Positions 35,128-43,906 of a stretch of 64,000 nucleotides of DNA are shown one piece after another. Source of the DNA: a virus (taxonomy: Duplodnaviria; Caudoviricetes); the IMG/VR virus record IMGVR_UViG_3300027971_000029, positions 60,558-124,557 of that record; one strand, 5' to 3'. Made by a program: the position numbers and the translations under genes. The stretch's first letter is position 1; every line of letters starts with the position of its first letter. The notes under the pieces were generated by a model. That model searched no databases, was not told the origin of the DNA, and saw only the letters and a program-made list of their open reading frames with translations.

Positions 35128-36143
35128 TATGTAAACTCAGTCAACGCTCTCAAACCAGAGAATGTATTAGTATCTATGATTTCTTTGATTTCACTTTCTG
35201 TCATACCATTCATTATCATCTCATTTATGTCTTTACCTTCAACATTATTTGGCCAAATGACAACTCTGTAGTTATTTTTTACAGCCCTCTCGACCATATT
35301 GACAATCTCTCTATTTCGAGGTTCATTGTCATATATCAGAACTGTATTGTGAATGCCTAGTTTATCTGCAACAGCAGTCAGATTAGCATCGCCTGCGGCT
35401 ACAGCATTGTTGATAAAGAATGAATCGATTGGACCTTCTACGACATATATGGGTTTGCTTGTATCTACAGTGTCCATTCCGTAAATCAATTTATCAGTAC
35501 TATCCGTGGTTCGAACAGTTATATATCTGAGTGTTTTATCGGAAGTTTCTAGCGCACGACCAGAGACCGCTATTAGGTTATTATACTCATCGTAAAATGG
35601 TATAACAAGCCTTGCATCATCAATTAGTTTTTTTTCGTGATTCGGAACAAGCGCATCAATGAATTGTCTGTAGTTACTAGTGAATAGCAATCTGTCTGCT
35701 ATTCTAGACAAAAAGCCTCTATTTGTACAGTATACTAGACAAAAATGTCCACTCGGGAGTTTGCTGAGCCATTCAGCATTTTCGAAGATTTTTTCTTTTT
35801 CGACTTTTCCGAATCTTGGTGATGGGATGTTGAATGAGGGCTTTTTGAAGTTGGAGTTACCACTTTCTCCATTCTTGAATCTCTCAAGTATGTATTCCTT
35901 ATAGAGATTTGGGTCGATATACTTGATAAGGTTACCAAGGCTCAGTCCTTGACCACAGTTGTGGCATTTGTAAAACATATCATTTTCTTTGCGAAAGATG
36001 AACCCTCGCATCTTTGATAGGTTTTTCTTTGAGTCGCCGCAGATGGGGCAACGAACATTGAATAGGTAATCATTTTTTCGAGAGAACTTCTCAAATCGAT
36101 GTGCTATTTGATTTGTGTATTTAAGGTCGATGTAAAGGCTCAT
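35112..36143 (-). CDS. T4 gp61-like DNA primase
   Basis: RCPICGDS...CHNC Zn finger; VEGPIDS; DNEPRN; KDINEM. Confidence 0.95.
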   Translation of the reverse strand: MSLYIDLKYTNQIAHRFEKFSRKNDYLFNVRCPICGDSKKNLSKMRGFIFRKENDMFYKCHNCGQGLSLGNLIKYIDPNLYKEYILERFKNGESGNSNFKKPSFNIPSPRFGKVEKEKIFENAEWLSKLPSGHFCLVYCTNRGFLSRIADRLLFTSNYRQFIDALVPNHEKKLIDDARLVIPFYDEYNNLIAVSGRALETSDKTLRYITVRTTDSTDKLIYGMDTVDTSKPIYVVEGPIDSFFINNAVAAGDANLTAVADKLGIHNTVLIYDNEPRNREIVNMVERAVKNNYRVVIWPNNVEGKDINEMIMNGMTESEIKEIIDTNTFSGLRALTEFTYWKKL

Positions 36144-36152
36144 AGTCTCATA

Positions 36153-36181
36153 ATTATACACGAGACCATGAGGTTTGTCAA
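36153..36181 (-). promoter_or_regulatory. sigma70 promoter upstream of primase
   Basis: TTGACA-17bp-TATAAT. Confidence 0.75.
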
Positions 36182-36188
36182 CTACTTT

Positions 36189-36500
36189 TTAATGTCCACC
36201 GACAATTTTTAATAGAGTTTCGGCATGCCCTGATACGAATCCACCAGCGGCAATTATACCAGCGAATGTCCACACCCATTTATCTCTTTGGTTTTTCAAG
36301 TATGATATCTCTTTAGCTAATTCAGAATGTTGTTTGCATGATGCAGTATACATCTCTTCTAACTTCTCTGTCAAGCCTTCTCTTGTATTATCAAGGCAAT
36401 CATGCATATCTTTCACATCAATTTTCAAATCATCCATCTTCTCATTGAGATTTTCTACTTTGGTCTCTACGATACCAATTCGTTCAACTGTGGTTGCCAT
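36189..36500 (-). CDS. coiled-coil protein with C-terminal TM (lysis region)
   Basis: heptad N-terminus, TM WVWTFAGIIAAGGFV. Confidence 0.65.
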   Translation of the reverse strand: MATTVERIGIVETKVENLNEKMDDLKIDVKDMHDCLDNTREGLTEKLEEMYTASCKQHSELAKEISYLKNQRDKWVWTFAGIIAAGGFVSGHAETLLKIVGGH

Positions 36501-36516
36501 TTTCTTTTCCTAGTTA

Positions 36517-36813
36517 TTAGTTGTTTTGTTCCATTGCTGTTGTCTTTTCTTTAGTACGACCATAAGCGGCAATACCAAGAACAGCACCCATAGCAAGGTG
36601 AAACAATCCAGCGCCTTGCAATGTAATTGGTTGCCATTGCATATCAACTTTACCCGAACCTATTACTTGCACCAATGACCAAAGAATCGGTGCAATAATA
36701 AAGTCAAATATACATGTCGCCATGTAAGTCCATCCCATAGCTGGTCTCCATTTTTTAGTCATCCAATCTTCATCTTTTCCGTTAATGGAAACTTCTGTTG
36801 ATATTTCTGGCAT
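36517..36813 (-). CDS. holin (GTA 3TM holin-like)
   Basis: WRPAMGW...LG..AYGRT.EK. Confidence 0.75.
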   Translation of the reverse strand: MPEISTEVSINGKDEDWMTKKWRPAMGWTYMATCIFDFIIAPILWSLVQVIGSGKVDMQWQPITLQGAGLFHLAMGAVLGIAAYGRTKEKTTAMEQNN

Positions 36814-36997
36814 TTTTTGTTCCTCTTATTGTTATTTTGAATTAACAAAAATCGCCGTATCAATAATATTTTTCAAACCTTCATCGTCAGTCTCTAACAC
36901 ACCCAGTAAAGCTAAGTACTCTTCTTTCGAAATTTCTTCAGCTTCAAAAAGTCTTGTATACTCATTATAAAAAACTTCTGTTGATTCTGTATTCATT

Positions 36998-37348
36998 TCA
37001 ATCTTTACCCATCGGCCCGACTTTTTTCTGAATATTCATTCTGTCTTCCATGACTGCAATATGTTGACGATTCTCCATAATTGCATCACGATTCTTCTGA
37101 ATTTCTTTTTCTAAGTCTTGTCGTAATTTTTCACGAGCAAGTTCTGCGCCGGTGTTTGATGCTTGTTTGTTATCTGTTGTAACAACTAAACTAACTTTCT
37201 GATTCAAAATAGTCACATCATGTTGCAAGGCTCCTAATGCTGAAATCAAATATCCTACTGAACCAACTAATAGGGGTAATAGAGCAAACAAAAGTTTTTC
37301 TATGAATGCGCCTTTTTCATGTGCGGATTCTGCTGTTTTTTCTGCCAT
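36998..37348 (-). CDS. membrane-anchored coiled-coil protein
   Basis: N-terminal TM plus coiled coil. Confidence 0.6.
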   Translation of the reverse strand: MAEKTAESAHEKGAFIEKLLFALLPLLVGSVGYLISALGALQHDVTILNQKVSLVVTTDNKQASNTGAELAREKLRQDLEKEIQKNRDAIMENRQHIAVMEDRMNIQKKVGPMGKD

Positions 37349-37349
37349 T

Positions 37350-37613
37350 TTATTCTACCTTTTCGAATGTTTCTTTTTGTTTATTGTACCATTCAATCCA
37401 TGTATCGTTTCTATCCGAACATCCATGATATTTCGCATAATTATCTGAAATGGTTTTTGTCACTTCAGATATTTTCATTGTATTATTTAACACATCTAAA
37501 TTTGGGCATTTCTCTAACATAACTTCTGGAGCATCAGGAAACTTGCGTGTCAAAGGAACATCAGTAGAACAGCCTACTAATATAGTAAGCAATAAACATG
37601 CAAGGTATTTCAT
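37350..37613 (-). CDS. o-spanin-like lipoprotein
   Basis: lipobox LVGC, Pro-rich segment, adjacent to the i-spanin-like gene. Confidence 0.75.
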   Translation of the reverse strand: MKYLACLLLTILVGCSTDVPLTRKFPDAPEVMLEKCPNLDVLNNTMKISEVTKTISDNYAKYHGCSDRNDTWIEWYNKQKETFEKVE

Positions 37614-38059
37614 TTCTCTGCTCCTGCGGCTTTATTTAATGCATCAAAAAATTCATTAGGTAATGCACACTCAGCACCTTGAACAAATTTTGTATCGTAC
37701 TTGACAACTTCTTTGTCGATGTACTTAATAACTTCTTCACCCTTTTCTTTGACTATTTGTTTCTTTACAATAATTTTCTCAACAATCTTTATATTCTCTT
37801 CAGCAGATTGTGTTTCTGATTGTGATATCTTCAACTCAAGGTCTTTGATTTTCAATTGCCATTTGTCTTCATTCGATATAACACCTGCCATGTATGTGCC
37901 AATGACAATAGCAACAATAGATGTTGCTTGAATGAGATTTCTGTACATCGAAACAAACGGAATGAAACTCATCAAATAACTTACAAATATACCTGCTAGA
38001 CCTAAAGCCAGCAAAGCATAGAACCACCAATCAGGCAGAAAACTTAATAACCACATCAT
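37610..38059 (-). CDS. i-spanin-like protein
   Basis: TM segments, coiled coil, C-terminal C.LP..F...LN.A. Confidence 0.7.
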   Translation of the reverse strand: MMWLLSFLPDWWFYALLALGLAGIFVSYLMSFIPFVSMYRNLIQATSIVAIVIGTYMAGVISNEDKWQLKIKDLELKISQSETQSAEENIKIVEKIIVKKQIVKEKGEEVIKYIDKEVVKYDTKFVQGAECALPNEFFDALNKAAGAEK

Positions 38060-38370
38060 ATTGATTTTCCATATCTTAAATACATCATTGCGCCAGTAGT
38101 TTCATCTTGTACAATGATAGGTTTACCATAATTTGAATTACCGTATTCACGAATTTGTTGACCTACTTCATCTGCACCAACATACTCTTCATACTTTGCA
38201 TATTTTCTTTTCATCATTCTTGCATTGAGAAAGAACTTTGTAGGAACTTTGAATACACGAGAACCAGCAAATTTCTTAATGCCGGGTTCACCTTGTGAGC
38301 CGACACCAGCGCCAGCAATGTTACCTGAACCAACATTGTTGACTGCCACATCTTCGTTTATATCATTCAT
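38056..38370 (-). CDS. hypothetical late protein
   Basis: INED...NNVGSGNIAG; T4-like late region. Confidence 0.65.
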   Translation of the reverse strand: MNDINEDVAVNNVGSGNIAGAGVGSQGEPGIKKFAGSRVFKVPTKFFLNARMMKRKYAKYEEYVGADEVGQQIREYGNSNYGKPIIVQDETTGAMMYLRYGKSI

Positions 38371-39040
38371 TTCTTGACCTGCTGTATTGTTCTTTTAATT
38401 TTTGTTCTCTCTCATCTAATTCTCTTCTCTTCTGAGCAATCTCTTTTAATCTCCAATCCGGTTGAAGACTTGGTATGAAATTGTCTCCGTATTCTGGATG
38501 GTCTATCTTTCTCATTTCAACAACCCAAAATATTGAACCTAACCAAGACAAAAACACAAGAAACCCTATACCAGCCCATATGATTGCATCTCTATGCTTC
38601 TTCATCAACTCACGGCGTGCCCTGAGTTTTCTAGCTTCTTCAAGTTTTTCTTGTGCTTCTTGCTTTTCTTGTAAATCTCTTAGTCTACTTCTCTCTGTCT
38701 CAAACTCTGTCCACACAGCACCTAGTTCTGGTGGGCTATGATACACTAACATCTCTCTTAACTCTTCTTCCGCCATCTGAACTTGTTTGGCTCTAAGAAC
38801 ATTATCTAATGCCTTTGAGTTTAATCCTTGTCCTTTTTTCGGAACAACTTTTCTCTGCTCTTCTGCCGCTGTTCTTACAACATCTGCGGCATCCATAAAT
38901 CTACCTATGTGACCACTCACCTCATGGGCAACATCCATGACTTCTTTACCGGCTTGTTTCGCCTCCTTGTAGAAGGCTACACCTTTCCTGATAGCACCTA
39001 TGGCAGCCTGTGCCATGGCAAATGCAGTGATTGGATCCAT
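38363..39040 (-). CDS. coiled-coil TM protein; paralog of 18528-19019
   Basis: MDPITAFAMAQAAI...EEELREML...TM. Confidence 0.75.
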   Translation of the reverse strand: MDPITAFAMAQAAIGAIRKGVAFYKEAKQAGKEVMDVAHEVSGHIGRFMDAADVVRTAAEEQRKVVPKKGQGLNSKALDNVLRAKQVQMAEEELREMLVYHSPPELGAVWTEFETERSRLRDLQEKQEAQEKLEEARKLRARRELMKKHRDAIIWAGIGFLVFLSWLGSIFWVVEMRKIDHPEYGDNFIPSLQPDWRLKEIAQKRRELDEREQKLKEQYSRSRNE

Positions 39041-39052
39041 TACCTCTTTCGG

Positions 39053-39448
39053 TCATTTTACTATTCTTCTCAATAAGTCCACAGTTTGTAAATCTAATTG
39101 AATATCTGATGAAATTATATCATCATCACCAATACCCTTTACTCTCTCTGGCATATAACTCAAAAAAACTAAAAATGTCTTTAGCACTGGCCAATCTTCT
39201 TTTCGAATTTCGTGAAACAACATTCGAGTAGTAGGCTCAACACCAAAAACATTGTATAGCACGACAAGATGGTTGAGAACAAGTCTCTCACGCATCTCCT
39301 TATATTTACTATATCTACGAAAAAGGCGTTTCAAATAATTGAATCGTTTCATGTCCTCCTGAAATTCACTCTGTATTACATTCGGTCTATCGTATGCCTT
39401 AGCCGCATATAATATAAAATTATCTTTATTCAGATTTTTAAAAGACAT
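39053..39448 (-). CDS. conserved T4-like hypothetical protein
   Basis: LYAAKAYD.P...EF.ED.KRF.YLKRL...RLVLNH...LYNVFG. Confidence 0.8.
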   Translation of the reverse strand: MSFKNLNKDNFILYAAKAYDRPNVIQSEFQEDMKRFNYLKRLFRRYSKYKEMRERLVLNHLVVLYNVFGVEPTTRMLFHEIRKEDWPVLKTFLVFLSYMPERVKGIGDDDIISSDIQLDLQTVDLLRRIVK

Positions 39449-39840
39449 TATTCTTCTTCGTAGTCCTCCCCACCAATTGACATAATTTCTTCCAATTCAT
39501 CTTCATCAATAATTTCAGAATAGAATTCATAATAACCGTCATCAGTGAGGCCATAGTTAATATACAAAAAGTAATCCGTTCCTTCGATTGAAACTACTTC
39601 TTCGCATTCATAATCATCATCAGGCATTTCAGCTTCTATTGAAAAAGAGAAGTCTGCACCATATCGTGATAGAATGCTTCGAAGCATTTCAAGTCCAGCT
39701 TCGGCAGATAAAAATTGTTTATCTAAGTCCATAAGACCTTGATTGATATCTGCACGAACCATAGGATCGTTTACATCGACTGAGACTTGAAGACTAGCGT
39801 CATTCAACTCTTCAGTCAAATAGTCAGCAAACTTTTTCAT
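39448..39840 (-). CDS. acidic hypothetical protein
   Basis: MKKF..YLTE N-terminus. Confidence 0.6.
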   Translation of the reverse strand: MKKFADYLTEELNDASLQVSVDVNDPMVRADINQGLMDLDKQFLSAEAGLEMLRSILSRYGADFSFSIEAEMPDDDYECEEVVSIEGTDYFLYINYGLTDDGYYEFYSEIIDEDELEEIMSIGGEDYEEE

Positions 39841-40193
39841 TAGCCTGCTGTATCTTGGAAGATTACATCATCGTTAGCAGATGCGGAACCGTCACCAGTC
39901 ATCGAACCCATCGCTACCAAAACTTCAGTTTGGACACGACCGACACGATTGCCAGTACCAGCTTTACGCAAAACCCAACCAGCGTGAGCAGGTTTACTCG
40001 CTTTACTTGCGGCTGATGTATTTGCTACCTCATTTGTATCGACACCAAATATTCCAACATTAGCACCAGTTACGAATGCGCTTGTTTGAGTATTAGCATA
40101 CAATGTTCTTCCGTTTGCGGAAACGCCTAAACCACCTGCTCCACCCCATTTTGGTGCGCTTGTGTTTGCGTCTGTATTTGACCATAAAGCCAT
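39840..40193 (-). CDS. putative virion structural protein
   Basis: MALW..TD...HAGWV...GRVQ.EVLVAM; G/A/S/T-rich. Confidence 0.65.
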   Translation of the reverse strand: MALWSNTDANTSAPKWGGAGGLGVSANGRTLYANTQTSAFVTGANVGIFGVDTNEVANTSAASKASKPAHAGWVLRKAGTGNRVGRVQTEVLVAMGSMTGDGSASANDDVIFQDTAG

Positions 40194-40203
40194 TTTTTTC
40201 TCC

Positions 40204-40710
40204 TTAGTGAAAACCTAGTTCTCTTAATTTTAATAATGAAACCCTTGCGCTAACATGGTGAATGCCGATACCATCAGCACTGTCAAATTCTTTGATGTTC
40301 TTGATATAATCGTCAATCAAAATATTCTTCTTGTCACCATCTTTAGCGTAATCTTGTTTCTCTTCTCTTTTAACTGCATGAAAACGGTCCATCGGAAGAT
40401 TCAAGTGTTTCTTTACCCACAACTTTTTACCTTCAATCGATGATGGATCCCATTCAGCATACGCAGTTAGAATGTGTGCATCATATTTATCTATAATTTT
40501 CCACAATGTTTTAAAATCTTTCATTGGTGGTAAGTCAGCCCAGAAATCATCATGGCTCGCTATTTTTGCCTTACGAGCAATCTTATCTTTTTTATCATTG
40601 TATGGTGCATCGAAATGGTGTCCTAGAACTTTCTCAGCACCAGCCAAGAAGTCAACTAAGACACCATCCATGTCACAATATATGATACCTATATCTTCTT
40701 TGTTTTTCAT
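40204..40710 (-). CDS. HAD-family 5'(3')-deoxyribonucleotidase-like protein
   Basis: DMDGVLVDF, ILT, LIDD..KNI. Confidence 0.85.
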   Translation of the reverse strand: MKNKEDIGIIYCDMDGVLVDFLAGAEKVLGHHFDAPYNDKKDKIARKAKIASHDDFWADLPPMKDFKTLWKIIDKYDAHILTAYAEWDPSSIEGKKLWVKKHLNLPMDRFHAVKREEKQDYAKDGDKKNILIDDYIKNIKEFDSADGIGIHHVSARVSLLKLRELGFH

Positions 40711-42602
40711 TGTTTATCATTAACTAGTGAAGTCATTTGAGGTTCGGCTTCGAATTTATCACCCTTACCACTCATGGTATCTTTTTTCTCTTCTTTTTTA
40801 CCTTTTTTTTCCATGCGTTCTTTTGCATCTTTCATTGCTTCACGAACAATAGCTTTCTTGCGAGATTCTCGAATGTTATCGATTGCTTCGGATGCTTGCA
40901 CTTCTTCACCATCAAGAACTTCTACAGATTCTTTGACATGACCATATTTCTTTTTGTACCAATCAGGCATACCATTCTTCTGACGGAAGTAACGAACAGT
41001 TGCAGAATCATTTGCTTGGTCACGATACTTATTCTCAGCATCTGTATTGTGTGACTTCATTGCATCGGCTGCCTTGTGTGCATCTTTTGCAATATAAACT
41101 AATTCAGCATCAGTCTTTTTGTGATAGTCATGTCCTTCTAAAGGATGTCTTTGTGATGGGCGACCCTCTTCAAGAGTCTCATTCATAGGTTTCTTACCTG
41201 CTTTCTTCATAGCAATTGCAATAGCCGCTTGTTGAGCAGGACTACTTGCTTCTTCCACATCCTTCTTTTTATCTTTTGCCTGCAATGATTTTTGCAAAAT
41301 ACCTAATGCATGATTTTTAAATTTTTGAGCAGTGATAGGTTTGACATATTTGTCTGGTCCAGGTCTTGGTGGACCATCACGGCCTGGTGGTGTTTGCGAT
41401 TTATCCATTTCCATCACACTCTCTTTCTTCAAGTCATTATTAAATTGTTTCTTTGTTGCTTTTACAATACCGCTGAAACGACTATCAGCTTTTTTATAGT
41501 TGCCTGCTTTATCTAACTCAGATGCTTGTTTGCTTGCACCAGTCTTGTAACGACCAAGTAGGTCAGTAGACAATTCATCAACTTGTTCAACTTCTTCTTT
41601 TCTTAATTCGCTTGCAGTTTTCTTATGAGTAATCACACCATACTTATCTTTAACTTTAACATGTATAGTATCACCTTCAACTTTATGTACTGTTCCAACT
41701 TTTTTCATAGTCTTTCCAGGAATTGCTTTCATTGGATGGTCAAAGTTAACTTTGTCTCCAACTTGCATTTCTTCATCCATACGACCATTTGATGCTAGTC
41801 TTTGCTTGCGTCTTTGAGCGGCAAAGTCTGCACCCTGTGGTAGTTTCTTTTTAGCTTGAGCATCATCATAAGCCTTATCAGTTTTCACATTGTATTCTTT
41901 ACCACCAGCACCAACATCAGAAACACGAACACCAATTGGTTTATTGGTTTTAATCACAACAGCTTCATCAACTTCACTCATCATATAATTAGCAACTGTT
42001 GAAATGTAATCTTCTGCAAGAGTAATCTTTGATTGAACCCACTCAGGAAGATTATCATTATCTTCTAGCATGTCATGCACTCTCTGTGCATTGCTGACAA
42101 TGCTTTGCAATTGACCACGAGCCATATCACCTTCGTAATCATACTCAGTCTTTTCTTTGGCTTCAGAAACAGTTTTCCAATCACCACCATGTTCCTTATA
42201 CCATTTTGACGCCCAACCATTTGCATATGCAGAAGGATAAACATCAAATTTGGCTTTTGCTTGAGCGATAGCCCTTGCCCACAATTCTGGATTGGTGGGT
42301 TTATTTTTTTCGTCTAGTTGTTCCATATTTTCATTTACCTTACTTGTAACATCTATTGGTTCGCCATGTCTCTCTGGATTTGGGTCTGCTTTTCTTTTTC
42401 TTCTCACAGCATTTGCTTTTTCTTTTTTAGACAAAGATGCTCTCATAGAATTTGACATACACTTTGGTTTAGGTTCGCCAGGTTCTCTTGCACAATCACC
42501 AACAACTTCACCCTTTGTGTTTACCCTTTTCCAACCACCATCGGGGTGGTTGGGATTAAACCAATTACGCAAATCTTCTTGAAAAGACAAAAAAGATTTC
42601 AT
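40707..42602 (-). CDS. multi-module charged late protein (putative internal head protein)
   Basis: modules separated by [LIV]xE sites; VYPSAYANGW and LPEWVQSKITLA modules. Confidence 0.7.
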   Translation of the reverse strand: MKSFLSFQEDLRNWFNPNHPDGGWKRVNTKGEVVGDCAREPGEPKPKCMSNSMRASLSKKEKANAVRRKRKADPNPERHGEPIDVTSKVNENMEQLDEKNKPTNPELWARAIAQAKAKFDVYPSAYANGWASKWYKEHGGDWKTVSEAKEKTEYDYEGDMARGQLQSIVSNAQRVHDMLEDNDNLPEWVQSKITLAEDYISTVANYMMSEVDEAVVIKTNKPIGVRVSDVGAGGKEYNVKTDKAYDDAQAKKKLPQGADFAAQRRKQRLASNGRMDEEMQVGDKVNFDHPMKAIPGKTMKKVGTVHKVEGDTIHVKVKDKYGVITHKKTASELRKEEVEQVDELSTDLLGRYKTGASKQASELDKAGNYKKADSRFSGIVKATKKQFNNDLKKESVMEMDKSQTPPGRDGPPRPGPDKYVKPITAQKFKNHALGILQKSLQAKDKKKDVEEASSPAQQAAIAIAMKKAGKKPMNETLEEGRPSQRHPLEGHDYHKKTDAELVYIAKDAHKAADAMKSHNTDAENKYRDQANDSATVRYFRQKNGMPDWYKKKYGHVKESVEVLDGEEVQASEAIDNIRESRKKAIVREAMKDAKERMEKKGKKEEKKDTMSGKGDKFEAEPQMTSLVNDKQ

Positions 42603-42603
42603 C

Positions 42604-43500
42604 TCAGTCTTTCATTGCCTGTTTAGTTGCTGTTGCATACATCACTGATTTAGCACGGTCACCATAACGCTCTTTGAAACCTGTCAGGCCTTTTTTCATA
42701 CCTTTTACAATATCTTCACGCTTTTTCATTTGGTCATCAGTCATTTCTTCTTCACCAATAGTAGACATTCTCACACCATTGATAGCATTGATATCCATGT
42801 CTTCTTTTTTCATTGTAGGCTTTGTCATCTTAGCATGTTTACGAACAGCGTGTTCTGGACCATCTGCCCAAACATGATGAGGTTCATCTTTCTCACCTCT
42901 TTCTGGATTATGTTTAACTGCTTTGCCATTCTTAACAGCATAACGGTCTTGATAACCAGTATCATCTTCTGCAATCGCTTCAACTTCTTCTTGTTGAACA
43001 GCATCAACTTTAGGTTTAGAAACTTCAGCTTTTTTCTTACCTGTAGATTTAGATTGTGTGTCATCTAATTCTGCTTTGAATTCATCATTGGTAGATTCTT
43101 CAGCAATTGCTTTCTCTTCAATAGCTTCAAACAATGATTTTAGACCAGCAGACTTGTATGTCTGAAGCATTTCAGAGAAAGGTTTTTTCTTTGTTTTTGC
43201 CATTGGTTTTTCTTTTACTTCTGGCTCATCTTTTTGATTACTGCCACCATAGCGAGTACCTTTTTTGATACCGCTACCGCCACTTGGTTGTGGACCAGAC
43301 TTAGCTTTAACAGCTTTCATCATATCATCCCAACCTTCTTCAACTTCATTGTCTTCTTTGCGAAGTTTAGCTAAATCTTCACCATCAATTTTGTTGTTTT
43401 TGTTGAGGTCTATCTTTTTTTGTTTTGCTGTCAATTCTTCAGCCTTCATTTTTGTGTAGGCTTTTGAGACACTTTTTGTGATTGAGTCATTCATATGCAT
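42604..43500 (-). CDS. charged late protein (putative internal head protein)
   Basis: IDLNKNNKIDGEDL; KSVMYATATK motif. Confidence 0.7.
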   Translation of the reverse strand: MHMNDSITKSVSKAYTKMKAEELTAKQKKIDLNKNNKIDGEDLAKLRKEDNEVEEGWDDMMKAVKAKSGPQPSGGSGIKKGTRYGGSNQKDEPEVKEKPMAKTKKKPFSEMLQTYKSAGLKSLFEAIEEKAIAEESTNDEFKAELDDTQSKSTGKKKAEVSKPKVDAVQQEEVEAIAEDDTGYQDRYAVKNGKAVKHNPERGEKDEPHHVWADGPEHAVRKHAKMTKPTMKKEDMDINAINGVRMSTIGEEEMTDDQMKKREDIVKGMKKGLTGFKERYGDRAKSVMYATATKQAMKD

Positions 43501-43537
43501 TTGGGGTTCTCCTATTTAATTTTAAAATTTGTTTTGG

Positions 43538-43906
43538 TTAGCAATTCCATCTTCTTAATGCTTTGTTAATCGGTGAATCGGGGTCTCTCGCATTCTCAGG
43601 ATTAGTCAATCTCTTTTTCATGCCACCCATTCTACGACAAAACGCTAGACGGCGGTCTGCTCTTTTACCCTTTGGGTCTTTTTCAGTCACAGCAGTTTTT
43701 AATTTTGATCCAGGATTTTCACTACGATATGCGTTGACTGCTTTCTGAGAAAGCCCATCAGTCTTATCTTTGCGATTAACATCTTGCCAATCTTCTTCCA
43801 TTTCATCTTCTTTCATACAAGAACCTGAAGAAAATGCTTTTTTACCTGGAACTGATTTATATCCAGGCCAACATCTTTCGGTAACAAATGTTTTGAATGA
43901 TTTCAT
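43538..43906 (-). CDS. small basic late protein
   Basis: CWPGYK; NPGSKLKTAVT...FC.RM.GM...INKALRRWNC. Confidence 0.75.
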   Translation of the reverse strand: MKSFKTFVTERCWPGYKSVPGKKAFSSGSCMKEDEMEEDWQDVNRKDKTDGLSQKAVNAYRSENPGSKLKTAVTEKDPKGKRADRRLAFCRRMGGMKKRLTNPENARDPDSPINKALRRWNC